Part shown: positions 1-12,468 of the stretch, piece after piece | Position numbering within the stretch: the first letter of the stretch is position 1 | How the letters are laid out: every line of letters starts with the position of its first letter | Notes under the pieces: model-generated | What the model was told of the DNA's origin: nothing | Database searches by the model: none | The model's input: the letters and a program-made list of their open reading frames with translations, nothing else | Program-made: the position numbers and the translations under genes | NCBI GenBank assembly: GCA_051294375.1 | Contig: CM119265.1 | Span: 2,339,268-2,403,267 of the forward strand | DNA length: 64,000 nt | Direction of reading: 5' to 3' | DNA from: Paraspadella gotoi | Lineage: Eukaryota; Animalia; Chaetognatha

Positions 1-199
1 TAATCATTACACAACGAAACGAAAGGATTACACCACAAAGTATACGATATTAAAACTCCGTATTAACTTCTTGAGCTAAATCGCGGTCTTAAAACTCTCT
101 CCTCAGCCTCTTCTGATCTTAGCCTTAACAACCCTCTTCGACTATGTTCTTGTCAACCACTCCGTAAACGCCCAGGTTAGGGTGGACTCAAATCCACCA

Positions 200-259
200 A
201 CTGTTCATCAGCGGCCATTGCCTCCCAACCCAAAGGTCCGGGGTTCTAGTCCGGTGGTC
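200..259 (+). mobile_element. Possible tRNA-derived SINE head fragment, cut by an N-gap
   Basis: gcggccattgcctcccaacccaaaggtccggggttctagtcc resembles a tRNA anticodon-to-T-arm segment with a B-box-like GGTTCTAGTCC; there is no complete cloverleaf. Confidence 0.3.
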
Positions 260-1700
260 NNNNNNNNNNNNNNNNNNNNNNNNNNNNNNNNNNNNNNNNN
301 NNNNNNNNNNNNNNNNNNNNNNNNNNNNNNNNNNNNNNNNNNNNNNNNNNNNNNNNNNNTTAAAATTATTTATATTATTTTTATATTTATATAACATTTT
401 ATTTATTTATATTTTTTTATTATTATAATTTAAATATTTTTTTAATATAATAATTTTTTTTAATTTATAAATATAATTTAAATATATTAATTTTTTTATT
501 TTTTTATTTTTTATATTACTAATAAATTATTTTATTTTCTTTTTTTTTCTAATTTTTAAATTAATTATATTTTATTATATATTTTCGTTATATAATTTTT
601 TTTCTTTTATATAAATTATTTATTTATTTTTATTTTAATTGTATATATTTACATAAAAAATAAAATTAATATTTATTTATTTTAATTTTATTTAATTATT
701 ATTTTATTTCTTATAAATATAAATTATTTTATTATTTCATTTATAATATAATATTTTTTCTATATTAATATTATTTTTAATAATAATAATTTTTTTTTTA
801 TTTTTTTTTGTACTTAAATTTTATATATTTATTCTATTTATTTATTTTTAAATTATTTTTTATACTTTTTTTTTATTTTTAAAATGTAAATTTTTAAAAT
901 CCTTTTTATATTTTTTTTATTATTATTAATTTATTTTATATATAATTTATTTTATTTATTTATTATTTTAATTATAAATTATATTTATTTTCTTTATATA
1001 TAATTTATTCATATATATTAATATTATTTAATATACTTACTTATTTAATTTTATATATAGTATTTTAAATTTTTAATCTTATAATTTTTTATTTTTTATA
1101 TAGTTATTTTTTTTTTTAAAATATTTATTCTAATATTAAATTTATATATTTTTTTATTTTTTAATTTATTTAAAATTATTATTTTTTATATTTTTATTAT
1201 TAATTTCATTGAAATTTTATTTATTATTTATATATTATTAATTTATATATTTATTTTTAATATTTTTATATTATATTTATTTTTTATTATATTTATATAA
1301 TTTATTTATTATTTAATTAAATTTATAATTTTTTATTTATATTTTTTATAATTTATAAATTTTTATTTTTTTTTTAATTTTTATATATTATATTTTTATT
1401 AAATTAATTTTTTATTAATATTTTTTTTTTTATTATTATATTTATATTTCTTTATTTTTATATTTTATATATTATTTTTTTATTATTTTTTTTAATAATT
1501 TTAATAAATTAATTGTTATTTATTTTTTTATTTTTTTTTAATTTTTAATTTTATATAATATATTTATTATAAATTTTTTTTTATTTTTTTTTATTTAAAT
1601 TATTTATTTAATTTTTTTAAATATAAATAAATTAATTTTATTAATTATTTTTATTATATTATAAATTATATTTTTTTTATTTAATTTTTATTATAATTTA

Positions 1701-1731
<31 letters not shown>

Positions 1732-1740
1732 CAATAAAAA

Positions 1741-1772
<32 letters not shown>

Positions 1773-1913
1773 ATAAAAAAATAAAAAAAAAAATAAAAAA
1801 AAATATAAAAAAAAAATAAAAAAAAAAAAAAAAAAAAAAATAAAAAAATAAAAAAAAAAATACAAAAAAATAAACAATAAAAAAAAAAATAAAAAATAGA
1901 AAAAAAAAAAAAA

Positions 1914-1957
<44 letters not shown>

Positions 1958-2006
1958 AAAAAACAAAAAATAATAAAAAAAAACAAAAAAAAAAAAAAAA
2001 AAAAAA

Positions 2007-2073
<67 letters not shown>

Positions 2074-2144
2074 AAAAAAAAACAAAAAAAAAAAATAAAA
2101 AAAATTAAAATAAAAAGAAAAATAAAAAAAAAAAAAAAAAAAAA

Positions 2145-2199
<55 letters not shown>

Positions 2200-2382
2200 A
2201 AAATAAATGAAAAAAAAAAAAAAAATAAAAAATAAACAATATAACAAAAAAAAAAGAAAAAATAAAAATAAAAAAAAAGCAAAAAAAATAAAAATAAAAA
2301 AAAAAAGAAAAATAAAAAAAAAAAAATAAAAAAAATAAGAAAAATAAAAAAAAAAAATAAAAAAAAAATAAAAATAAAATAA

Positions 2383-2433
<51 letters not shown>

Positions 2434-2446
2434 AAAATAAAAAAAA

Positions 2447-2486
<40 letters not shown>

Positions 2487-2621
2487 AAAATAAATTAAAT
2501 AAAAAACAATTAAAAAAAATAAAATAAAAAAAAAAACTAAAAAAAAAAAAAAAAAAAAAAAAAAATAAAAAAAAAAAAAAAAATAAAAAAAAAATAAAAT
2601 AAAAAAAAAAAAAAAAAAAAA

Positions 2622-2664
<43 letters not shown>

Positions 2665-2703
2665 AAAAATAAAATTAAAAAAAATGAAAAAAATAATATA
2701 AAA

Positions 2704-2739
<36 letters not shown>

Positions 2740-3018
2740 AAAAAAAAATAAAAAAAAAACATAATGAAAAGAAAAAAAAAAAAAAATAAAAATAAAAAAA
2801 AAAAAAAAAAAAAAAAAATATACAAAAAAAAAAAAAAAATAAAAAAAAAAAAAAAAAAAATAAAAAATAAAAAAAACAAAAAAAAAAAAAAAATAAAAAA
2901 AAAAAAAAAAAAAAAATAAAAAAATGAAAAAAAATTAAAAAAAAAAAAAAAAAAAAAAATAAAAACAAGAAAAAAAAAAAAAAAATATAAAAAAAAAAAA
3001 AATAAAAAAAAAAAAAAG

Positions 3019-3077
<59 letters not shown>

Positions 3078-3436
3078 AAAAAAAAAATAAAAATAAAATA
3101 TTTAAAAAAAAGATAAAAAAAAAAAAAGAAAAAAAAAAAAAATAAATAATAAAAAAATAAAAAAAAAAAAAAAAAAAAATAAAAAAAAAATCCTATAAAA
3201 CAAAAAAAAAAATAAAAATAAAAAAAAAATAAATAAAAAAAAAAAATAAAAATAAAAAATAGAAAAAAAAAAAAAAAAAATAAAAAAAATACATAAAACA
3301 TAAAAAAAAAAAAAAAAAATAAAAAAAGAAATAAATAAAAAAAAAAAATAAAAAAAAATAATAAAATAAAAAAAAAAAAAAAAAAAAAAAAAATAAAAAA
3401 AAAAAAAAAAAAAATATAAAAAAAAATAAAAAAAAA

Positions 3437-3482
<46 letters not shown>

Positions 3483-3867
3483 AAAAAAAAAATAAAAAAA
3501 AAAAATAAAAAAAAACAATAAAAAAAAAAAAAAAAAAAAAAAACAAAAAAAAAAAAATAAAAAAAAAAAAAAAAAAATAACAAAAAAAAAAAAAAAAAAA
3601 AAAAAAAATAAAAACAATAAAACAAAAAAAATAAAAAAAAAAAAAAAAAAAAAAAAAAAATAAAAATAATAAAAAAAAAAAAATAAAAAAAAAAATCAAA
3701 AAAAAAAAAAAAAAAAAAATAAAAAAATAAAAAAAATAAAAATAAAAAAAAAAAAAAAAAAATAAAATAAAAATAAAAAATTAAAAAAAACCCAAAAAAA
3801 AAATAAAAATAACAAAAAAAAAAAAAAAAATAAACCATAAATAAAAAAAAAAAAAAAAAGAAAAAAA

Positions 3868-3904
<37 letters not shown>

Positions 3905-3943
3905 AAAAAAAAAAATAATAAAAAAAAATAAAAAAAAAAAAAA

Positions 3944-3997
<54 letters not shown>

Positions 3998-4030
3998 AAA
4001 AAAAACATAAAAAAATAAAAAAAAAAAAAA

Positions 4031-4063
<33 letters not shown>

Positions 4064-4430
4064 AAAAAAAAAAAAAAAAAAAAAAAAAAATAAAAAAAAA
4101 TTAAAAAAAAAAATGAAAAAAAAAAAAAATAAATTAAAAAATAAAAAAAAAAAAAAAAATAATAAAAAAAAAAAAAAAAACAAAAAATAAAAAAAAAAAA
4201 AACAAAAATAATAAAAAAAAAAAACTAAAAAAAAAAAAACAAAAAAAAAAATAAAAAAAAGAAAAAAAAAAAATAAAAAAAAAACAAAAAAAAAAAAAAA
4301 AAATCAAAAAATAAGAAAAATAAAAACAACAAACAAAAAAAAAAATGACAACAAAGAAAAAAATAAAAAAATGTAAAAATTAATTATAATAATACTTGAG
4401 AGCAACAGAGGAAATAAAAATAATTTGTTA
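260..4430. other. N-gap followed by a T-rich then poly-A-like tract; probable assembly or read artefact
   Basis: 100 Ns, ~1.3 kb of near-pure A/T, then ~2.7 kb of A with sporadic substitutions. The poly-Phe ORFs here are meaningless. Confidence 0.85.
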
Positions 4431-4451
4431 AATATTATTTTTATTACAAGG

Positions 4452-4632
4452 ACGTTAATCCCCATCAAAAATAGTGGCGGGGATTCCCCGTCGTGGATAG
4501 ATCTTGTGATTCATGGCGGGATATGGCTTCAAACGTTAATCCCATAAAAAATAGTGGCGGGATTCCCCATCGTGGATGTGGCAGACGTTTTCAAACGGTG
4601 ATCCCCGTAAAAAATAGTGGTGGGGATTCCCC
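4452..4632. repeat. Short tandem repeat, ~3 copies of atccc..aaaaatagtggcgggattcccc
   Basis: The core is seen at ~4452, ~4533 and ~4600. Confidence 0.75.
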
Positions 4633-4738
4633 AAACAAGGAAAAAGAGACAATTTCTCGTGAACAGAAAGAGGGCGGCAGTTGAAACTGTCCCCTTATAG
4701 CGCGTTCGAACTGCCACCTTTTTGGGCGCGTAAATACT

Positions 4739-4827
4739 GACGGACCGATGGATCGAACGCGGACGGACCGACCGACCAAAAAGTGACTTATAGAGTTGCT
4801 CCGCGAGTACTCGCGGCGCAAACTAAA
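4739..4827 (+). mobile_element. HINE/DINE-like (Helentron-associated) element end, copy 1
   Basis: (GACG/GACC)n, then aaaagtgacttatagagt.gctc.., the palindrome CGCGAGTACTCGCG and actaaa. The same motif recurs at 25.0 kb and 51.4 kb. Confidence 0.6.
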
Positions 4828-5194
4828 GAATTGACGGATATGTCAATTCGTGAGATCGTGAAGGAAGACGGGTGTGAAAATTTTGGCGCAATTAATGACG
4901 CATTTGAGCGCGGAGAATGAAATGAGGCCACGAGAAATCGAATGTGACAATTTTTAGGTAGAGAGGTTATTAAGTGATATAAACCAATATTGAAAATTAC
5001 TTCTATTGATATTTACTTATATTTCGAAATCAATCAACCAATGAATGAATGAAATTAATGAAATAAATCAATGATCGAATGAATAATGAATCGATCGAAT
5101 GAATGAATGAATCAATAATCAATCCATCAATCAATCAGTTTAATGCAATCAATTAATCAATCACAAACATCTCTACTCTAAGAAAAAAGGGAAT

Positions 5195-5927
5195 TATGGC
5201 CAACAGCCGGGTTGCCTGTGATGCCATTGGGATGGGGCATCTCACTGTTGGCTTTGGGCTTCCGACCCTCAGTGACGCCTCCAGTCACTGGCGCGGTTAC
5301 CCTAGGACGGTCTCGCTTTGCAACGCAAGAGGAAGTCGTTAGGACTGTGGATGGAACACTACGCCTGGGATGGTGTGTTCCCCTCTGAGCCAATGGATTT
5401 GGCTGACGGATGGTGGACGTGAGGCGGTGTGAATATACCGCCCACAGGATCCCCGGGCCAAGACATCACTCAGGTTCCTCAAGCCTGAGAGGTGTCTGAC
5501 AAGACTGTTACCATAGTGGAGAGAGAGAGAGAGCGCGAGTTGTGGGGCATAGGCGTTTGTCGTAGCGTACCCCAGGGGCATAGGCGTTGTCGTAGCGTAC
5601 CAAAGTCGGCAGGGCATAGGCGTTTGTCGTAGCGTACCCTGAGAAGGTTGCGTGTTCGATGTAGGGCTCACCACTTATGGCAACAGCCGGGTGCCTGTGA
5701 TGCCCATTGGGATTGGGGGCATCTCACTGTTGCTTTGGGGCTTCCGACCCTCAGTGACGCCTCCAGTCACTGGCGCGGTTACCTAGGACGGTCTCGCTTT
5801 GCCAACGCTGAGGGAAGTCGTTAGGACTGTGGATGGAACACTACGCCTGGATGGTGTGTTCCCCTCTGAGCCAATGGATTTGGCTGACGGATGTGGAGCC
5901 GTGAGCGGTGTGAATATACCCGCCACA
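5195..5927 (-). mobile_element. TRIM-like non-autonomous LTR retroelement (family 1)
   Basis: Direct repeats 5195-5446 and 5676-5927; GAAT target-site duplication (5191-5194 / 5928-5931); terminal IR tatggc/gccaca; minus-strand PBS TGGTGAGCCC (5664-5673) 2 nt from the LTR; no coding capacity. Confidence 0.8.
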
Positions 5928-6342
5928 GAATACGATTTTTAATGTTTTACCAACTTAAGTGAAACGACATGAAACAACATATGAGTCAGCAAAGTACCAA
6001 CTACTACCTTAGTTAAAGACTATGCACAGTAATTTGAACTACACATAAACCTTGCAATGACTCGTTTCTCCCCTGATGGTCTTGCATCTGGCAGAACAAC
6101 ATCAGAAGCAGAAGGAAGAAAAGAAAAGGAGAAGAAACCAACTTATGAATTATTCCCTCGAGGAAAAAAAAAGAAAAGGGAGAAGGAAAGTAAGAAAAAA
6201 AGAAAAAAGAAAAGAAAAGAAAAGAAAAGAAAAGAAGAAAAGAAAGAAAGAGAAAATGAAAAGATAAAGAAAGAAAAGAAAAAATAAAATAAAGAAAGGA
6301 AAGAGACGTCACCGATTTCAGGACAAATTTGTTTCCAACGAG

Positions 6343-6387
<45 letters not shown>

Positions 6388-7672
6388 TTCTCTCTAACGA
6401 CCACCATGACAAAGAAAATGACGTTTTTGACGACAACGTCGACGATGAAGACGACAAAGATGACGACGAAGATGTCATTAACAGCGACGACAACGATGAC
6501 CACAAGGCCACAACAACAGTAACAACAACAACAACAACCCCTTCGCTGACGACGAAAAGGACGATCATAAAAAACGAATTTTCTTTTTCTCAGAATCAAA
6601 TCGATTTTCGTTGAGGTAAAATTTATAAGAGACGAAGACGACGACGAGAGATCGACGAGCGATCGACAGAAAGACGCACGACGAAGAACGACGACGACGA
6701 CGACGGACAACGAAGACGACGGACGAGAGACGACGACGGACGACAACGGAAGACGACGACGAAGACGACGACGACGAAGACGACGACGATCGACTACGGA
6801 GCTACGACGGACGTACGACGGCAAAAAAAATATCATCTCCGTAAACGACAAAATGACGAGATTTAGTAACAACAAAGACGAAGAAAAGATTAAGGAACAA
6901 CAACAACAACAAGGACCAAGCATTTGAAGAAACGACCAAGCTTAGAGAAGGGGAGGAACCAATCAACTGGAAAAGTCAAGGGCCACAACTTGGGGCTATG
7001 GTGACGGCCAGCCGGCCCAAAGGTGATAGCCCAGGTGGCCAGGCCATGGTGCCTAACCTAAGCCAGGACACCTCAGCAAACCCTGATCTTTTCCTTAACA
7101 TAATAACTGAATAACTGAATAAATCAATAAATAATCAGTTAAGTAAATAAATAAACAAATAAAGTAAAAAAAAACAGAATGAATAAAATAAATATGTCAT
7201 GAACACGATCTCTCTCACCGATTTTTCTTTTCTTTTCTTTTCTTTTCTTTTCTTTTCTTTTCTTTTCTTTTCTTTTCTTTTCTTTTCTTTTCCTTTCCTT
7301 TCTTTTCTTTTCTTTTTTTTCTTATCGTTTATTTTCTTTTCCTTTAATTTCCTTTCCTTTCTTTTCCTTTCCTCTTCTTTACTCTTCTTTCATCTTCTTT
7401 TCTTTCCCTTCCTTTCCTTTCCCTTCCTTTCCTTTCCTTTCTATTCTTTTCCTTTCCTTTCCATTCTTTTCCTTTCCTTTCCTCTCTTTTCCTCCCCTTT
7501 CTTTTCCTTTCCTCTTTTTTCTTATTATTTCCTTTCCTCTACTTCTCTTTCCCTTCCTTTCTTCTCCTTTCCTCTCCTTCCTTTCCTTTTCTTTTCTTTC
7601 CTGTCCTCTCCTTTCCTTTCCATTCTTTTCCTTTCCTTTTCATTCCTTTCCTCATTTCCTCTCCTTCCTTTC

Positions 7673-8333
7673 TGTTAGAGATTTTAAAATGATTTTTATC
7701 TGAATTGAGCCCTGACCTTTTATTTTTAATGGCTCAAATATCTGAATTTAAAGTTTAATTGAATGACTCCAATAGTTCTGTTTAAAGCCTCTAATTAGTT
7801 GAATTTTAATTTTAATTGAATTTTAATTTTAATTGAATGACTCCAATAGTTCTGTTTAAAGCCTCTAATTAGTTGAATTTTATACATTGAATTTGAATAT
7901 CTGGTCTCTCATTGGTTATTAATAACTAGTAGAGGTTTTGATTTGTATTCTTAAAATGTGAACTCTCCTCTCATTGGTTGTTATAATTTTGTCCTTGTAT
8001 ATAAAAGGAGAGTAAATTCTTAATTTTTGGGAGATTCCTCTGAGACCATCATGTATTAAATGATATTTGTGAAATTACTTGAATATGTTAATTAATTTTA
8101 AGCTTTTATGTAGCTTTGAGCTGTTGCTGCGTCTCGGCTCTGCTGCTACTGTTGCTGCGTCTCGGCCCTGCTGCTGGTGTTGCTGCATCTTTTCTCTATT
8201 GCTTATCTCTGTCATGCTGATGCACGTCTTTCAATTATTATTGGATATTGAATACTTAATAAAGTCATATATATTTTATCTTTTGATATATGGATTGAGT
8301 TAATATTAAGTCGAGATTAAGCACTGCTCAACA
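7673..8333 (+). mobile_element. Candidate solo LTR
   Basis: TGTTAGAG...CTCAACA termini, an internal ~53-bp tandem duplication, two ctctcattggtt boxes, TATAAAAGG near 8000 and AATAAA near 8258. No clear TSD. Confidence 0.45.
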
Positions 8334-8751
8334 ATTGTTCTCATCTGAAACTGAGAAACCCCCCCCAAGGAATCTTCTCACTTTCCCTTCCTCTCTTTTT
8401 CTCTTCTCTTCACCCCCCTCCTTTCCTCTCTCACCCTCTTACCTCAACCTCCCTTCCTTCATTCTCTTACTTTTTTTCTTCCACCTAAATCAAATTCAGA
8501 CCGAGTGTGACAGATTCGTCATGTCCTTGTATATTTGTTCCCCGACCAAAAAATTGTTTTCGGGCAACAATGAAATATTTTTTTGGGGGGCGTTGTTGTC
8601 GTCGTACTTGTCATCATTGGCGTCGTTGTCATCGTCGTCATCATCGTTTTCGTCGTTTTCATCGTTGTCATTGTTCACATTTCGTCGTCAGTATCGTTTT
8701 AATTGAACATCTTTTAATTTACTTATGCGCTGCCGCTCCGCCGCCGCCTTC

Positions 8752-8782
<31 letters not shown>

Positions 8783-9137
8783 TCCTGTCCTTCCTTCCTT
8801 CCATCAAATTTCCCCTTCAACTACTGTTCATATTCTCTGACTGACTGACCGACCAGTGACCATATTTCATTTTCCTTGTCTTTTCTCTCTTTTGTCTCCA
8901 TCGTTTTCCTCATCGTCATCGTCATCATCATTATCATCATCGTCATCATCATCATCATCATTATAATCACTTTAACTATGAAAACCTTCACCAATCACTG
9001 TCGCTCCTTTAATCACCCCAGCTCTTCCAATCACCCCTGCTACTTTGATCACTCTCAACCTCATCTCCCTAATTTCTTATCTATCAGTGATAGTGATATT
9101 ATCACATGCGACGGCAGTCTTGACCTTGGGACGTCTC

Positions 9138-9171
<34 letters not shown>

Positions 9172-9629
9172 CCAAAAGCACTCAACAACGTGACAGTTAT
9201 TTACTCCTTCCAAACAAAGTCCTCATTATTCAAGCTTCCTTCTTCGGCGAGTGATGTTGATCACTCACTCGATCACCCGATCTTTCCCATGAGATCACTC
9301 GCTATCGCTTTCTTCTTCGCATTTTTAATTTCTCTCTCTTTCTCTCTCTCTCTCTAAGCTAAATTTTTTATGCCACGAGGTTTTACCGGTTAACAGAGCA
9401 AATGAATGAAATTGGTACAACCAATATAAAAATGAAACAGTCATTTAATAAATAATCAATCTCGTCTCTGACTTTAGACAGTACTCCATAATAACCTAGC
9501 AAAACCCTGCAAGGTTTTATTTATACTTTCTAACAATATGGTTTATTTACTTCTGGAGTATCTGGCTAAATTGGCTTCCCTATCAATGAAGTCGTATAAT
9601 ATTTCAAAGAACGTTTACTTTTTAGGACT

Positions 9630-10234
9630 CAGTTAGTTAATACATTATCGAACCACCATTTGCTTCTAGTACCGCTTCCATGCGACGAGGGAAAGAGTCG
9701 TAGAGGCTGGGCAAATATGAAAGGTTCAGCTCTCTTCAAATGCGTTTTAAAATTGTTTTGCTTTTGTCGACTGTCATGGCGTTGTACCAGACATTTTCGA
9801 TGATGTTGCAGTGAGGCGAGTTTCCGGGCCAACCTTCAAGAACCTCGATCACATTTTCCTCATGACATTTTTAGGGGTTTGGGCTTTGTATCCAGGAGCT
9901 CTATCCTCCATAAAAAGCCACTCATTCTCTGTTGAATGATTATCAACAATTCTTCTTTTTTTCCTTTTTTTTCTCAACTGGCTTGCAGAAGCCTTACGGT
10001 CTTGAATTGCGAGACTTACAGGTTATCGTGAATTATTGCTCTCCGTGGATATGCAAGGCCACCTGCTTCCAACAGTCCAAGGTCTCCAGTTGCTTCAAAT
10101 TTGTTGAAAACTCTGCAGATGGCTGAAGGAGAGAAACAAAACTGTTTGGAGATCCTATATCTTGACAAACCCGCCTTCCATAGCTCCACAATTGCAGCTT
10201 TCTTTTTGGGGTTTAATTGTTTTGAAGTTTCCAT
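9630..10234 (-). mobile_element. Degenerate Tc1/mariner transposase remnant (N-terminal paired-like HTH)
   Basis: METSKQLNPKKKAAIVELWKAGLSRYRISKQFCFSPSAICRVFNKFEATGDL matches the Tc1 N-terminal HTH pattern. The downstream frame is broken, with no intact DDE and no clear TIRs. Confidence 0.65.
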
Positions 10235-10317
10235 GGTAAAAAAAAAGAAAGAAAAACGAAAATGTAATTTAATGCAGAGATGTTTTAAAACTAGGACCTT
10301 TAATCAGATGCAAACTC

Positions 10318-10373
<56 letters not shown>

Positions 10374-10929
10374 TTATTTTCTGGACTCTCCCTTTTAAAG
10401 ATCAGCAGCAAACAAAAGGGAAAAAAAATGCTAATTTTGATTTTTTATGAACAAAAATTTTTTTTTAACTAAATTTGAAAAGTTGGAAATTGAATAAATT
10501 TAATGCGAATGATTTTTGACGAAGCTTAACTTTCAAATGTTGAGATTCTGTTATACAGACAGTTGGTTAAAATAACTGGTGAGACAAAGAGATTAAAAGC
10601 TTGCAGGGCTTTGCTTGGTCTTAATTTTGTGAGAGGGACAGAGTGATTAACCCATCATAGTCTGAATGGATCATTTTTAAAATTGTTATTTCATAGAGAG
10701 AAATGTAGAGAGAAAAAGATAAAGAGAGATTAAGACAAATGAATGACAAACCTGATGACGACAAAAGAGATGACAAAGATGACGACGATGACAGGCAGTT
10801 ATAAACACCACTACTAAAAAATGATGACAACAACGACAACAACAACAACAACAACGATTTCGGCCTGAATTCCCTTCGGAGAGTTTGTTTTGGATAAGGA
10901 GCGGGACGATTCTGTCTTCCGGCCAAGTG

Positions 10930-10991
<62 letters not shown>

Positions 10992-11020
10992 CCAACGGAC
11001 AAAGAAGACGATCCTCTTCC

Positions 11021-11052
<32 letters not shown>

Positions 11053-12468
11053 AACCACGCCCAATCGCTTCAATTTCGAATCCATAAATCCTGGCAATTT
11101 CTTTAGATTTGGCCAAGATTTCTTTAGATTTCTTTAGATTTGGCCAAAAATCTTCCCTCGTTCGAAATGGGAGAAATTCGGCCATAAACTTGAAAAGGGG
11201 ATTTTCCCTTTTCTATGGGGGAATGTTATCGCGTAGGAATCAAACATTATCTCTGACTCTCACGGCTTTTAGACAAGATTACAATCAATCAATCAATACA
11301 TAAATAAATAAGTGTTAAGGTTATTTCGTTTTTAATGATTATTAATGCTTGAACATCTTTGCAGGAGGATCAACCTAACCCAAAGCAGAATCGGATCGAG
11401 TTTTCTTTGATAATATAGAATATCTATATGCTTTCATTATTTTATTAGGGTGTTCTTTTTATTGACAAAGAAATAAAAGACTTTATTCAGTTAATATTTT
11501 TAATCATTTACTGTTAAAGTCAGAGACGCAGAATCATGTGACTACGTCAGCGCCATACATTTCTCTTTCTGGCACTCATCGACAAATCTTCACAAACGTG
11601 AGTCTTAGTCAAATAAATTTTGAAAGATTGGTTATTGAGAAAATTATATATTACTATAAAAATATTTTGTACAAATGAAAGACGAATATTCTCAACAAAC
11701 AAATATTAATAAACTTGATAAACATTATAAAAAGAAAATTGCTATAAATACGAACTAAGTATTGGGAAAATGAATTGATAAATCGAAGTCGATGCTTCAT
11801 CGCGAAATGTGGGAGGGGGGGAGTGAAGCAAGCAGCGAGCAAGCACCGAACAAGCAGCAAGGCGTTTAATCAAACTGGACGCAAAGACTGGCGAGGGAGG
11901 ACCCGATTAATCAAGCTTGACCGTTGCTTGTACTTTTTTTTTGGTTGGAAATTAAAAATAGTGTTCATGTTACACGTCAAAAATAGGGAAAAAAAGGTGT
12001 GAGATAATAAATAGTAAACATATTTCCGGTTTTCTAATTTTGATTGAAAGTTATAAATGACAAGAAAGTGGATTTGATAATCTGTACAGTATTATTAAAG
12101 AATTATCCATACATTAAATAAATAAGCTATTTGGCCCATGACTTTGTTTTACAAAGTTATATACAAAGATCATTTGCAATGGAATTTGTCATTTTTTGTC
12201 CAAAACTGTTTTTATGACATGGAATTTATTTCTTAAGACTAATCCTAAGATTTAAAATTGAAACTTGTAAGAACTGTGATTGACAAATTAAGAAAAAATT
12301 TTAAAAAGTTATTATAAAAATTATTAATTAATTATAAGAGAATGCAGCAGACGACGTGAAAAACTAAAAGAATAGCATGAATCAGTCAGACAACGTAAAA
12401 GTTTAATACAAAATTTAAAGTCTAAAATTATTTAATATTTTAACTTATTATTTCTTCGAGGGAGAAAA

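Noticed and set aside
1691-4183. Long poly-Phe ORFs on the minus strand
   Set aside because: Translations of a poly-A-like tract beside an N-gap, probably an assembly artefact.
5545-5639. Three ~28-bp direct repeats resembling a CRISPR array
   Set aside because: Spacers of only a few nt, eukaryotic context, no cas genes, and located inside an LTR element.
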